The notes beneath the pieces are model-generated. The model saw nothing but the letters and a program-made list of their open reading frames with translations. It made no database searches and was not told where the DNA came from. The position numbers were made by a program, and so were the translations under genes. A stretch of 64,000 bases of DNA, taken from Octopus vulgaris (Eukaryota). Below are positions 27,431 to 39,540 of the stretch, in pieces; the stretch's first letter is position 1, and each line of letters begins with the position of its first letter. Location: assembly GCA_951406725.2 (NCBI GenBank), contig OX597814.1, forward strand, positions 124,620,001-124,684,000, in the 5' to 3' direction.

Positions 27431-27697
27431 ACAGGAATATCATAAGAAAGACAATCTCTCTTACCATTTCGCAGTTCACCCTGTCCGGTTTCTATGACCG
27501 AAGGGGAGATAACGACTCAGAAATGTTTGTGTCTGGGTAGGTAGCACTGCGAGCTGTTTTTAGGTGTATTTACGCCATTTGTCTACAGCGAGAAATTTTC
27601 TCCGTGGCAAAACACAATGAATGGTTTTCTTATGGATTTGAATATGCGCCAAACATATTTGAACTTCCACCTCGTAATATATATATATATATATCTA

Positions 27698-27762
<65 letters not shown>

Positions 27763-27763
27763 T

Positions 27764-27819
<56 letters not shown>

Positions 27820-28059
27820 GTATAAAAATACAAACTGGGATAAGAACGTAAAACATTTAGAAGACGATACAAAAAACACGGACGGGACATTCGAATCCTT
27901 CAATCTTCAGTCAAGAACCGGATCATCCTAGCAATTTCGGCTGATATATATATATATATCTGTCAACTGAAATAGTAACAGAATTACTGTGAATGTTTTT
28001 TCTCCGTGGATTTTAACTATGTTAAATCGTTACGAATCTCCTTTATTTTGAAGTTCATG

Positions 28060-28148
28060 AATTCATCTGACGAAAACGGTTTCTTTGCAAAGATGTAATG
28101 TTTTCATTAATCAATTAAAGGAGTCGTTAGAAACGACCGTAATGGATT
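28060..28148 (+). ncRNA. Type I hammerhead ribozyme motif
   Basis: AAUUCAU/AUGGAUU stem I, CUGACGA 28067-28073, 12-bp stem II with wobbles, GAAA 28130-28133, stem III ACGACCGU, GUA triplet. Confidence 0.75.
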
Positions 28149-28179
28149 GACACCTGTATCTCTACTGTTACTCATTTAT

Positions 28180-28212
<33 letters not shown>

Positions 28213-28232
28213 TGCATATTTTTCATATATAT

Positions 28233-29035
28233 ATAAAGCAAATAAGTAACAAGGATGTCCAGGTATTAGTGCATTACGGCCGTTTCAAGCTGCTCCATTT
28301 AATCAATCAATGCAAACATTACATCAATTTGAAATATAACGCTCTCCTCGGGTGCGTACGACCATATAGATTTGCCAACATACAGGATACTCCATTATAA
28401 TTTTTTTTGTAAACTTTTCATCAGTACTAGAGAATAAAATACATCGCTTCTTTTTGCTATTATTGTAGCTGAATGAATTTAGGGATAAAAAGATACCTAA
28501 CGCTTGCTATAATTTACAGTGGCAGAAAGAATAAGCGGGGTCAAGAAATAAGAATTGTGATAGCTACATTCATCATTATCCTTACCGCATGCAAATGACC
28601 AATTAAAACCAACTGCCAATACCAAATGGTTTTAATTCTAAGGTGGCGGAGGCTACTCGCTGCATTAGGTCTGTTGAATGTGAAAAGGATAAAGATGAAT
28701 GTAGCTACATCACTATTCCTATTTCTTGATCCCCATTATTATTTCTGCAAATCTAAATTATAGTAGGCTTTAGGTATTTTTGCCTAAATTCCCTCTGCTA
28801 TCATAATAGCAAAAAGGAAGCAATGTGTTTTAGTCTCTAGTACTGATGAAAAATTTGCTAAAAAAATTATAATGGAGTATCCTGTATGTTGGAAATTTAT
28901 ATAGTCATATGCTTCCGAGTACAGTGGTTTATTTGAAATTGATGTAATGTTTGCATTGACCGATTAAATGGAGCTGTTTGAAATGGCTGTAATGCACTAA
29001 TACCTGGACATCCTTCTTACTTATTTGCTTTTTAT
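28233..29035. repeat. ~800-bp fold-back, arms of ~370 bp (about 28233-28600 / 28665-29035)
   Basis: Arms align in reverse complement along their whole length, with moderate divergence. Confidence 0.9.
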
Positions 29036-29162
29036 TCACCTAACTTCGAGCTGTGGGGAAAATACTGGACAGACTTGGTGCCTCAGATTAAGTACCTAAT
29101 TAAACTGCATCTTAATTATTTCTTAACGCATCAAATATATATATATATAAATATATATATAT

Positions 29163-29208
<46 letters not shown>

Positions 29209-29416
29209 TATGAGAGGTAATGGTATCAATAAAACCCAAAGGTGTCAAGTAATGCTGAGTAAGTGCTATGGATAGACCATAGTTAAGCTCCAGGTTCGGT
29301 GATTATGCGAATAAGGAGTCCAACGTAGGTCATATATCAGCATGCGTATATATAACTTTTTTTCAGAATGAGATAACAAACCAAGGCTGTGAAGTTTTTA
29401 GAACATTTATAAATAG

Positions 29417-29464
29417 GTCTTACAGCTGTTTCCATGATACTTATTATATCTCTTCATCGAAGAC
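29417..29464 (-). ncRNA. Degenerate hammerhead motif in a pLTR-like repeat
   Basis: rc GUCU-UCGAUGA-...GAUAU/GUAUC...-GAAA-CAGCUG-UA-AGAC; core mutated (UCGAUGA). Confidence 0.5.
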
Positions 29465-30013
29465 GGTGTGAGAAGATGGTTAAGCAATAGTTAATTTAGA
29501 TAAGATATGAAATAGAGAGTGAAGTGGAGGAATGAAAATAGATGTAAAATATGCAGGGATATTGCATTTGTAAATCCATTATTTAGGCAGAATGGTATAC
29601 ATATAAGATTCCAATACCTTGTGAGTAAATTCCAATAGTATTTAAAATTGGTCATTCCAAGTATAGAGTTTGTATAGATTCAGTGCTATTGAATCGAGGG
29701 TTCTATTTAAAGTGACCTAAAAGTAGGGAAAGTATTTGTAAGGTCAAGTCGAAAACAGGAAGAGAGGAATCAAGAAAAGAGAAAAAAGAAAAAAAGGAAT
29801 AAAGGAATAAAGAAAAGCAAGAAAAAAGGAAAAAAGAAATAACAAGGAGAGAGATAATAAAGAGATGAACAGGGAAAGTGAACCAGTTAGTGGTCAGTCA
29901 AGACACAAGTAGGAATAGGGAGATGAGGGTGATAGAGAGAGAAAGATATTAGAGTCTAAAAAGTTGATAGGTAAAGAGTAAGGGAGTGTCAGATAGAAGG
30001 ATTGAGGGGTGAT

Positions 30014-30049
<36 letters not shown>

Positions 30050-30425
30050 GTGTAAAAGGTAAATGAGTGTCAGTTACGTAGTGATAGAGTCTAAGTGATG
30101 GCGCAGAGAGAGGGATAGTAATAAGGTGGAATGAAGAATTTAAGAATATAGATTAGGTGGTTGGACAGGTCAGTGCTTAGTAGTAGAAGAAAATATGTAT
30201 GTAAAGATGTATACAGATGCATATATTAGACATGTATATATCTATTAGTGTTTCACTACCGGATTCTATCACTCTGTGAAAGTTTCTAGTTCGAATCACA
30301 CGTGTCTCGAGGTGCGCCTAAGATTTTTCTATTTGGATATATTTGGGGTACTTAAGTCTGCTCGGGACTTGGTGCTTGCTTCTTCCGTGGGTATGAATAA
30401 GTATTTCATTTATATTTCGCGTATG

Positions 30426-30484
30426 TGCCGCTGAAGAGGGGAAAATTTCTTGTGAATTAACCCCGAAATTGGACCAATACGGTA
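30426..30484 (+). ncRNA. Type I hammerhead ribozyme with a complete core
   Basis: UGCCG-CUGAAGA-GGGG[19 nt]CCCC-GAAA-UUGGACCAA-UA-CGGUA; predicted cut after 30479. Confidence 0.8.
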
Positions 30485-30997
30485 ATAACGAATTTTTTAG
30501 AGATTTCTATCGGTTTGTTTCGAGACGCATAAATTTAATGGTTATCGACAATTTTTTTGTTTCGGCGTATCTGGCATTAGAATTTTTCTTCTGCCCTTAT
30601 CTTGTAAATTATGTATAAATTTTACCTTTAAAGGCATTTTTTGATATGCTGGTCATTGATAAAATTTTTTCCCGAAAAAAATTTTATCCTATATCAATTA
30701 TCTATTTATACAGATATTTATACATATCAATATCTACGTATACAACACGTACTCATATGTATAGGTACACATGCACATCCATATATAGGTGTATCTGTAC
30801 GTATTATCGCCCCTGTAAATGCAGGTGTATATACCTTCCATACATACAAACTTTTTAGACACGATAGTAAATCATGTCTTAATTTTTCTTGTGCGTGTAT
30901 ATGTGTATATGTTTGTATGTGCGTGTGAGTGCGAATATGTATTACGCACGATGGTGTGTATTTGAACATAGAGTTATTAGAAATTTTGGAGGCTTTT

Positions 30998-32355
30998 TTT
31001 ACCTTATTAGTTTCAGCTCTGAGCTGCGGCCATGCTGGGGCACCACCATTTTGCTACACTGTTATTATTGAGAGTCTCTGCTAATATGTGGCATTTGGTG
31101 AATAAGTGAGTTTGATGTCGCTACCTCATTTGCATCTCTTGTCGAGAGGTAGGTTCATCTGGAAATCTCAACAGGAAGAGGTCCAATTTTGATTTGAAAA
31201 CGCCTACTATTAGTAGATTCCTCGGGTTCTTTGGGAGAATATTAAAAAGCTGTGGGTCCCTGAAACCCAAGCTGTTGCAGTAACTGGTCCTGAAGTACGA
31301 TGGCATTGGTTGGATCTTTGGCACTGTGCAGTGTCGACCTGTTTTGGCATTTGTGTAGCTTTCAATGCCAAAATTTGGTACAATTCCTTCCAGGATCTTC
31401 CAGATGTATATTACTGCATACCTCTCCCGCCTTTGCTCCAGTGAATGGAGTCTTAGCTGTTTCAGCCTTTCCCAGTAGCTGAGCTGTTGCAACGAGACGA
31501 TCTTCTTTGTGAAGCTTCGCTAGACTGCTTCATGGTCCGCTGTTAATTATGCGCTGTTGGGTGACCATAGCTGGGAGCAGTAGTCCAGGCGGCTGAACAC
31601 GAATGTCTTCTTGAGGACCATCATGGTTTCCGTCTCTCTGGTTCTGAAGGTTGTCAGGATTCATCCAGCCAATCGTCTGCACTTTGCCGCCATCCAGGTA
31701 ATGTGCACTTGGGAAGAGGTATCATCACTCATGTCGATACCCAGGTCCCTCACTAATTTAGGCTCTAGGATTGTAATTCCCTGTGGATCAGTGTACCCTG
31801 TAAATTTTATATTCAGTTTTGGACACTGGTAGCGCAGGGCTTGGAATTTTTCAGCATTAAACTGCATTTTATTGTCCTCATCCCGTCTGTAAATTCCGGT
31901 TGTGCAACATTGCTGGGGTTCTGTATTTTCTGTGAGAATTTCGTATCGTCTACGTAGCTAGCAAGGGTGGCTATCCGGGAAGCTGAGAGCATATCTGAGA
32001 GGGCCACTATGAAAAGCAGTGGTACCAAGATAGTGCCCGGTGGAACACTGCTCACTACTTGTGTTTTCTTTGAGGTAGCTCCATTGGCCACTACTGCCTG
32101 CCTTTTATCTTTCAGAAAGTCATGTAACCACTCTCCAAGTTTTCCAGCTATGCAAAATCACGCAGCTTGTGGCATATCATACCATGACCCACTTTATCAA
32201 TAGCTTTGGGAAAGTCAAGGTATAATACATCCATATTTGAGTTGTTGAGTAACTGCCTCAATACCCAGTTATAGTGCTGTAAGAGCTGGGTCAGGCAGCT
32301 CCTACCTGGTCGAAAGCCATGCTGGGTATCACTCAGCAAGTTGTTTTATTCACTG
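30998..32355 (-). mobile_element. 5'-truncated CR1/L2-superclade LINE (RT domain to 3' end), frameshifted
   Basis: QHGFRPGRSCLTQLL, YLDFPKAIDKV, VPPGTILVPLLF, YVDDTK, MQFNAEKFQ, VRDLGI, LSYWERLKQLRLHSLEQRRER. Confidence 0.93.
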
Positions 32356-32374
32356 AATGCGATTAGTTTCCCTC

Positions 32375-32520
32375 CGACTATCTTTCCTATACTGGATCGA
32401 TTATATCGATCCCAGTGTTTCACTCGTACTTAATTTATTGACCCCGAAGGATGAAAAGCGAAGTCGACCTCGTCGGAATTTTAACTCAGACCTAGCGACG
32501 GGCGAAATGCTGCAAAGCAT
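32375..32520 (-). mobile_element. SINE family A fragment
   Basis: Central domain match. Confidence 0.75.
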
Positions 32521-32943
32521 TACTCTTACTCTTTTACTCTTTTACTTGTTTCAGTCATTTGACTGCTGCCATGCTGGAGCACCGCCTTTAGTCGAGCAAA
32601 TCGACCCCAGGACTTATTCTTTGGAAGCTTAGTACATATTCTATCGGCCTCTTTTGCCGAACCGTTAAGTTACGCGGACGTAAACACATCGCCATCGGTT
32701 GTCAAGCGATGCGGGGGGGGGACAAACACAGACACACAAACATATACACACACATACATATATATATATATATATGCATATACATATATACGACAGGCTT
32801 CTTTCAACCAAATCCACTCACAAGGCTTTGGTCGGCCCGAGGCTATAGTAGAAGACACTTGCCCAAGGTGCCATGCAGTGGGACTGAACCCGGAACCATG
32901 TGGTTGGTAAGCAAGCTACTTACCACACAGCCACTCCTGCGCC
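32521..32943 (-). mobile_element. SINE family B, full length
   Basis: Matches family B. Confidence 0.92.
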
Positions 32944-33000
32944 TCTTTGGAAAATGCATTTTATTTTTTGTACAATTCTATTAAATATATATACTAATAT

Positions 33001-33572
33001 GGCGGCATTTCGTCCGTCCTTTTTGTTCTGAGTTGAAACTCTGCTGAGGTAGATTTTGCCTTTCATGCTTTCGGGGTCAATAAAATAAGTACTATTTGAC
33101 CACTAACGTCAATGTAATCGATTTATCCCACTCTTAAAACTTTGATGGCTTTATTCCAAAACTTGGAGTGTGTACGTTATGCATTGTTAAGGCGGCGAGC
33201 TGGAAGAATCTTTTCTACTCTAGGCACAAGGCCCGAAGTTTTTGGGGAGGGGGCCAGTCGATTAGATCGACCCCAGTACGCAACTCGTACTTAATTTTTC
33301 GACCCCAAAAGGATAAAAGGCAAAGTCGACCTCGGCGGAATTCGAACTCAGAACGTAAAGACAGACGAAAGCATTTCGCCCGGCGTACTAACGTTTCTGC
33401 CAGCTCGCCACCTGGGCAAACTGGTTAACGCTATTTCGATAGTCTTTACGTTCTGAATTCACATTCCTCTCATCTTTTTCGGGCTCAATAAAATGAGTAC
33501 CAGTTGAGCACTGGGGGTTGTTACAATCGGCATACTTCCCCTAAAATTGCTAGCCTTGTGCTAAAATTTGAA
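33001..33572. mobile_element. Cluster of family A SINEs: old + copy (33001-33165) and a - A2 copy (33210-33410) nested in another + copy
   Basis: Head ggcggcgagctgg at 33191 resumes after 33411. Confidence 0.75.
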
Positions 33573-33607
33573 ACTCTTAAATTGTTTTATTTTTAAAAAT
33601 TCCTATG

Positions 33608-34015
33608 GGCGCAGGAGTGGCTGTGTAGTAAGTAGCTTGCTTACGAACCACATGCTTCCGGGTTCAGGCCCACTGCGTGGCACCTTGCGTAAGTGTCTTC
33701 TACAATAGCCTCGGGCTGACCAAAGCCTTGTGAGTGGATTTGGTAGACGGAAACTGAAAGAAGCCCGTCGTATATATGTATATATATATGTATGTGTGTG
33801 TGTATATATGTTTCTGTGTCTGTGTTTGTCTCCCCAACATCGCTTGACAACCGATGGTGATGTGTTAACTTCACCATCGGTTCGGCAAAAAGAGACCGAT
33901 AGAATAAGTACTAGGCTTCAAAATAATAAGTCCTGGGGTCGATTTGCTCGACTAAAGGCGGTGCTCCAGCGTGGCCACAGTCAAATGACTGAAACAAGTA
34001 AAAGGGTAAAAGAAT
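33608..34015 (+). mobile_element. SINE family B, full length
   Basis: Matches family B. Confidence 0.92.
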
Positions 34016-34745
34016 ATGTGCAAGTCTTTTTGTATCTGATTTTCGTTGTGATTAAGTGTGTTTCTAAGTGTCTGCATGTATTTGTAAAGTGGGTATTAAA
34101 TTATTTATTTCTGTGAGCTTTTAGACAACATAATTGTATATTAAATAGCATAATGACTTAAAATTTGAGCACAAAGTTCCGTAAGAAAGGTATTTTATGA
34201 TATGTTCTATATAATTCTCATTCATAATTGCCAATATATAAAATAATGGTCAATATATATCACTCTATACTAAAATACAATAAAATCTAAGAACAAAAGG
34301 ATTTTAATCTATGTTAAATATTATGTTTTTTCGTTCCTTACATGAGATTAGCTTACAAAAAAAAAAATCATTTATCACTTAAACATAACTGCAAATAAAT
34401 ATATGCATGTCCATCTAGCTGGGTGTGCTATATATTCCTATTCCTATTTGATGTATACAGGTACAAAATATTGCAGTTTGTGTTAATGCATGTATCTGAA
34501 TATATTAAAGCGTGTTAATATGCTACGTAATATTTAGGTTTTATCAGTAACGTGTATACAGAAACAATATTTAAATAAATATATCTGATATCATGTATAT
34601 GGTTTAATGGTCATGTATGCATACTCAGGTATAAAATACAGCTAACGAGAGCGTTTAATATGCAATGTCGCATAATCAAGTTTCTACATTTACATATCGC
34701 ATCAGTTGCCCCCAAAATATCTATCTATGTGTGTGTGTGTGTATA

Positions 34746-34897
34746 GGCGCAAGAGTGGCTCTGTGGAAAGTACCACATGGTTCCGGGTTCAGTCCCACTG
34801 CGTGGCACCTTGGGCAAGTGTCATCTACTATGGCCTCGTGTCGACCAAAGCCTTGGGAGTGGATTTGGTAGACGGAAACTGAAAGAAGTCCGTCGTA
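34746..34897 (+). mobile_element. SINE family B 5' half
   Basis: Matches family B head. Confidence 0.85.
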
Positions 34898-34923
34898 TAT
34901 ATATATATATATATATATATATA

Positions 34924-37355
34924 CTAGCAGAGATACCCAGCGTTGTCCGGTTACATTCAATTGAAGAATTAGACTTTTCTGTTATATTTTCTGTAATGAA
35001 CTGGAATATCTATGTTTCGAATTTCATCAAAATTGCAGATGAGGGTTATTTCCCTCTTTACACACCCTAAAAAAATTGTAATCGAGCCACATGTATCCCA
35101 TACTACTGATTTTTATGCGCATATTCCAAAATTCCAGTCTTATTGAACCTGTTAAAAAGATTTTGCTCCTGAAAAATGAAGGTCGTGGAGCTTTAAAATG
35201 TGAGAGTTAAGGCCCCTGTTGGTGGTAGGCATCTTAATGTCAACCAGAGAAGTTGAATTGTTGAAAATCTTTTTAACTTGGGTCTTATATCTATTGTTTG
35301 AATTTCTTTGAAATGGGAAATATATGTTCACTGGGTTTGTAAAAGAGAGCAAAGCTACAGGAAACCAAAAGACGAATGATCACAATAAGCAGTTAGTTAC
35401 CCTACCCTAGTTGTTACCACTCCCAATGTAGGATTCCTCATCATCCAGGTGAGAGGCACAGCCGTAAGATGCATTACGAATTTATAGCAATTGGAAGGGC
35501 GCGACCCAACTGAAATCAACATTAACAACTGTGTGACGTGAGGGCTCAGGAGAAATTAAAGTGTCACCTCTGGAGTTTGTAAATGACCACTATACTGATA
35601 CGTAACTGGACAGAATAAATTTAAAATCTATAAATGTATTTGAATAACCAGTCACTCATCTGGGAAGGCCTTGAAATCAATGTTACCGTCTGGGGACTAT
35701 GTGTGACCGAGTGATAATAAAAAGACTGAAAGGAGGGCTGCAATCAAATAACTTCACTCAACACTTTGCAACTGAATCAGTGGAAGCAAAAATGCCTCTC
35801 GTTTACTTGACAATTTATGCACCACATTGCAGAAATCACAATGTAAGTGTATGTCAACACAAACTGTTACACTGTTGTACCATTGAATTAAAAATAATGC
35901 CCAACTTTTATGCTCGGGTAACCTTACGGCTTCCAAGAGCACAACTGTATTCGTTTTTGGTGAGATAAAAGGACAAAATTGTAGGTGTTAAGTCCCCATG
36001 GAGGGATCTTTCTAATGTTGTAAGAAGATGAAATTTTATAAATATTACTTCATTTGTGTCTAATATCTATGGTTAAAATTTCATCAACAGCAAAAATATA
36101 TGAATTGTCATGGAGGTTATGGCCCTTATGCACAGAATATAATTTCCAAATTTCATAAAGATCCATTCAGTACTTTTGAAATCTACGAGGTATAGACCAG
36201 TACAAAGTTTGAATTGTTTCCAAAAGAATTTTTGCCTATTCTTCAGCTAAAACAGTCTGCAGTTCTTGTAGTGATGATGGTGGGGGATATCGACTCATTG
36301 ATTTTCTAAAATGTACCATAAACGTTCAATAATATTGATATCTGGGGATTGTGGTGGCCAGATAAGATGTTCAACTTCACTAGAATGTTCTTCGTGTCAT
36401 TCAGTAACAACTTTATCTGTGTGAATTGGTGCATTATCATCCTGAAAGATTGTGTTTCCCTCCGGAAACAGTTCCTCAACTATAGGATGAATTTGATCCG
36501 ATAAAATGCTTAAATAGTCTTGACTATTAATTCTGCCATGAAGGAGAACCATTGGGCAGGCGGATTTCCAAGATATAGCTCCACCACCCCAAGCTCATCA
36601 CGGATCCTCCTCCATGTTTAACAGTTGGAAGAAGGCAGTCTGGATCAAATGCTTCTTTTGGCTGTCTCAGCCTGTGGTTGGAAATAAGGTAAAGGATGAC
36701 TCGTCCAAGAAAATAACATTCCTCCACTACTCTAGGGACCTATTCTGAAGGTTTTTACTCCACTCTGAAAGCTTTGAAACGTTTGTTTTTGAAAGTAGCG
36801 GTTTTCTGATTGCAGCCCTCCCGTGAAATCCAGCTTTGTGCAGCTCCCGGCGAACAGTTTTTGTGGAAACTGGATTCTCGGGGTGGTCATTAAGCTCTGC
36901 AGTAATTTTGGGAGCTGTACTTTTGTGATCCTTTCTAACAATTTGCGTAAGAGTCCGACGGTCCCTATCCGAAAGTTTTTGTTTCCTTCCTGAGTTTTGT
37001 TTCGACGAGGAGGTTTTTCCCTCTTTCTCAAAGCTGTCATTACTTTCGAGACAGTACTTCTTGATATACCAAACATTTCGGCTATTTTCGTTACGCTAGC
37101 GCCTGACATCCGAGCAGCAACAATTTGACCTCTTTGAAAGTCCAATAGATCTGTCACTTTAATGAATTTTAACTACCTTTTTCTTATGATATCTGAAAAG
37201 AAAGAACAATTTTAGCTAAACATATTAAGGAACACTAATAATATATCATAAAAAAACAGCTTTTGACGGTTCTATAGATATTCCAAAATTATGATGCTAT
37301 GACGCTAGGTGTTTCCATTATTTTGTCCAACCCCTGTGTGTATTTATATATGGAT
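34924..37355 (-). mobile_element. Non-autonomous Helitron-like element, apparently interrupted by a Tc1 transposon
   Basis: actagcagagatacccagcgttgtccgg end (compare 63264) and ttatatatggat end just beyond the Tc1 TIR; typical aatttcatcaaa/aaagatcc body motifs. Confidence 0.5.
36195..37336 (-). mobile_element. Tc1/mariner transposon relic, DD36E-type transposase pseudogene, one TIR
   Basis: DLLDFQRGQIVAARMSGASVTK (HTH), PTVKHGGGSVM, IFQDDNAPIHT...WPPQSPDINIIE; TIR caggggttggacaaaataatggaaacacc (rc of 37308-37336). Confidence 0.93.
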
Positions 37356-37684
37356 ATAAGTATACAAGCAATCACGTGCAAGTCAAACGTTACTTATAAA
37401 TAAATATTACATATCGGCATTGAAAATTCTGAAGATATATTGTAGAATTATAAGGTTTCTTAATGGAGTAAAAATAATACCTTGGTTATCTTCATGTAGG
37501 TATTAAATAAATTGTTAAGAGGATGTCTTTATTAGTTATGAAACTAAGATTTATGGTTTATATTATTTATGGTTTCATGTGTTTGGTGAGTACAAGGGGG
37601 TAGGATTTCAAATTGTTTAAGTAGCTTTAGTTTAGAGAACGAAACTTATGTTTCCTCTATATCGTTTCGTTATAGTTTCGTTAA

Positions 37685-37920
37685 CTTGTTTCAGTTTTCA
37701 TTCGACTGTGGCCATGCCGTAGAACCGCCTCGAAGAATTTCACACGAACGAATCGACGCCAGGTAAGTATATTTTAAGGGCAGGTACTTATTCTATCCGT
37801 GTTTTTTTTTTTTTGTCAAACTGCCAAGTTACGGGAACATAAAGTTGTCAACACTGGTTGTCAAGTGGTGTGGAGAGAAACACAGACACACGTACGCACG
37901 CACGCACGCACGCACACACG

Positions 37921-38005
<85 letters not shown>

Positions 38006-38145
38006 CACCTCTTTTTCAGTTTCCGTCTACCAGATCCACTGAGAAGGCTTTGACCGGCCCGAGGCTATAGTAGAAGACACTTGCATATGTTGCCATGCAG
38101 TAGACCCTACGGTTGAGAAGCAAACTTCTTACCACACAGCCACGC
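37685..38145 (-). mobile_element. SINE family B (older copy)
   Basis: Matches family B. Confidence 0.85.
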
Positions 38146-38149
38146 ATTT

Positions 38150-39540
38150 AAAAGAATCTGTTTGCTACAAGTTAAATAATTTATCAAGGAAAACTTAGAT
38201 TCGTAGACAATACAGATAGAAAACCACCCCAGATACATTGCATCAGTATATATCAAAGAGTGAAACAAATGCACATAGCTACAGGGAGACAGTGAATACC
38301 CTCACAAACTATGTCAGTGGTAAGATAACACGTCAAAAGAGCATTTATCTCTTTGTCCACAAAATATGCACTAGAGAAAGTAATATATAGAATTAAACAA
38401 GCATTAATTAACAACGGATACTCTAAAAGACTTGTGAATTAAACTATACTAGGATATAGACATGAATATATCAGAGAATGTATCTAACAGAAATACGCAA
38501 AATACACATACAATCTTTTGCATGAACCAAATGCACGAAAAACAAAACTATTGGAAAGCAGAAAATATAATTAAAAAACCCTCATAAAATACCTCAAAAT
38601 GCATCACAGCCGACCATAAACTTAAACTAATAATAATATATTATAAAGTGATGGTTTGTTGTCAACTTAATGTGGCAGTCCCTGGACAGGGAAGAATGCT
38701 ACTGCTATTTAACCCCAAGAAACACCGTTTCGAGTTGGCTTTGTGACACAAGCGTGCCGTGTCCTTAAGTTTTCAAACAAGGGAGATAAGTACCTCCACC
38801 CGACAACGCCAGCTTCAAGAGACTAGCTTCAGGGTAGTTGCCCTTCAACAATCTGGAGTAGCTTGGCCCTGCGAGCTGTCGGTGCTAAATCATCTTATAG
38901 AATTTCAATTGAAATAAATTCACTGATCTACAAAATTAGAAATATTATAAAAACACCAAAAACCAAAAGATACCTTGTCAACATTACATCAGAAACACAC
39001 GGATGTCGAATGAGGTGAATACATTTGACTATAAAACTGAATGTCATAAACCTCAGACAAGCTGTTACATTGGGCAGACGAGTACAACACTCTCACATAG
39101 GCTTACTATGTACTTGCAACATGGAATTATTGCACAACATTACACCACACACACCACAAAAAAAGAAAAATAAATAGGAAAATACTCGAAGAAAATACTT
39201 TATAAATTCCACACAAAAATAAAAGACTAATTATGGAAACCATACTCATCGCAATACGATGCCAAAATTAATACGCAAACTCGCACATCAAAAAACTGAC
39301 ATGTCGCTACTGGACATAAAAAAATTTTTTAAAGCCTAACGTTCAAAATTTGGTCACAACAAAAGAAAAAACATCTGTCTGCTGATGTATAATGTTAACG
39401 GTCAAAGAACCTTTGCGGAAAAATCTATATAAATTCTGTCAGCATGAAAGGAACCAGTACAAACGCCAAATTTATCCACTTCAATTCTTGGTAATGAGAC
39501 TGTGAAGTTCTAGAAACGACGGATAAAAATTTAGGAACTC
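38150..39540 (+). mobile_element. Decayed Penelope-like element 3' part (RT thumb, GIY-YIG endonuclease), interrupted by an old repeat
   Basis: RIKQALINNGYS, YIGQTSTTLSHRLTMYLQHGIIAQH, RLIMETILI; degenerate HHR (gtaatgagactgtgaagttctagaaacg) near 39490-39520. Confidence 0.75.
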
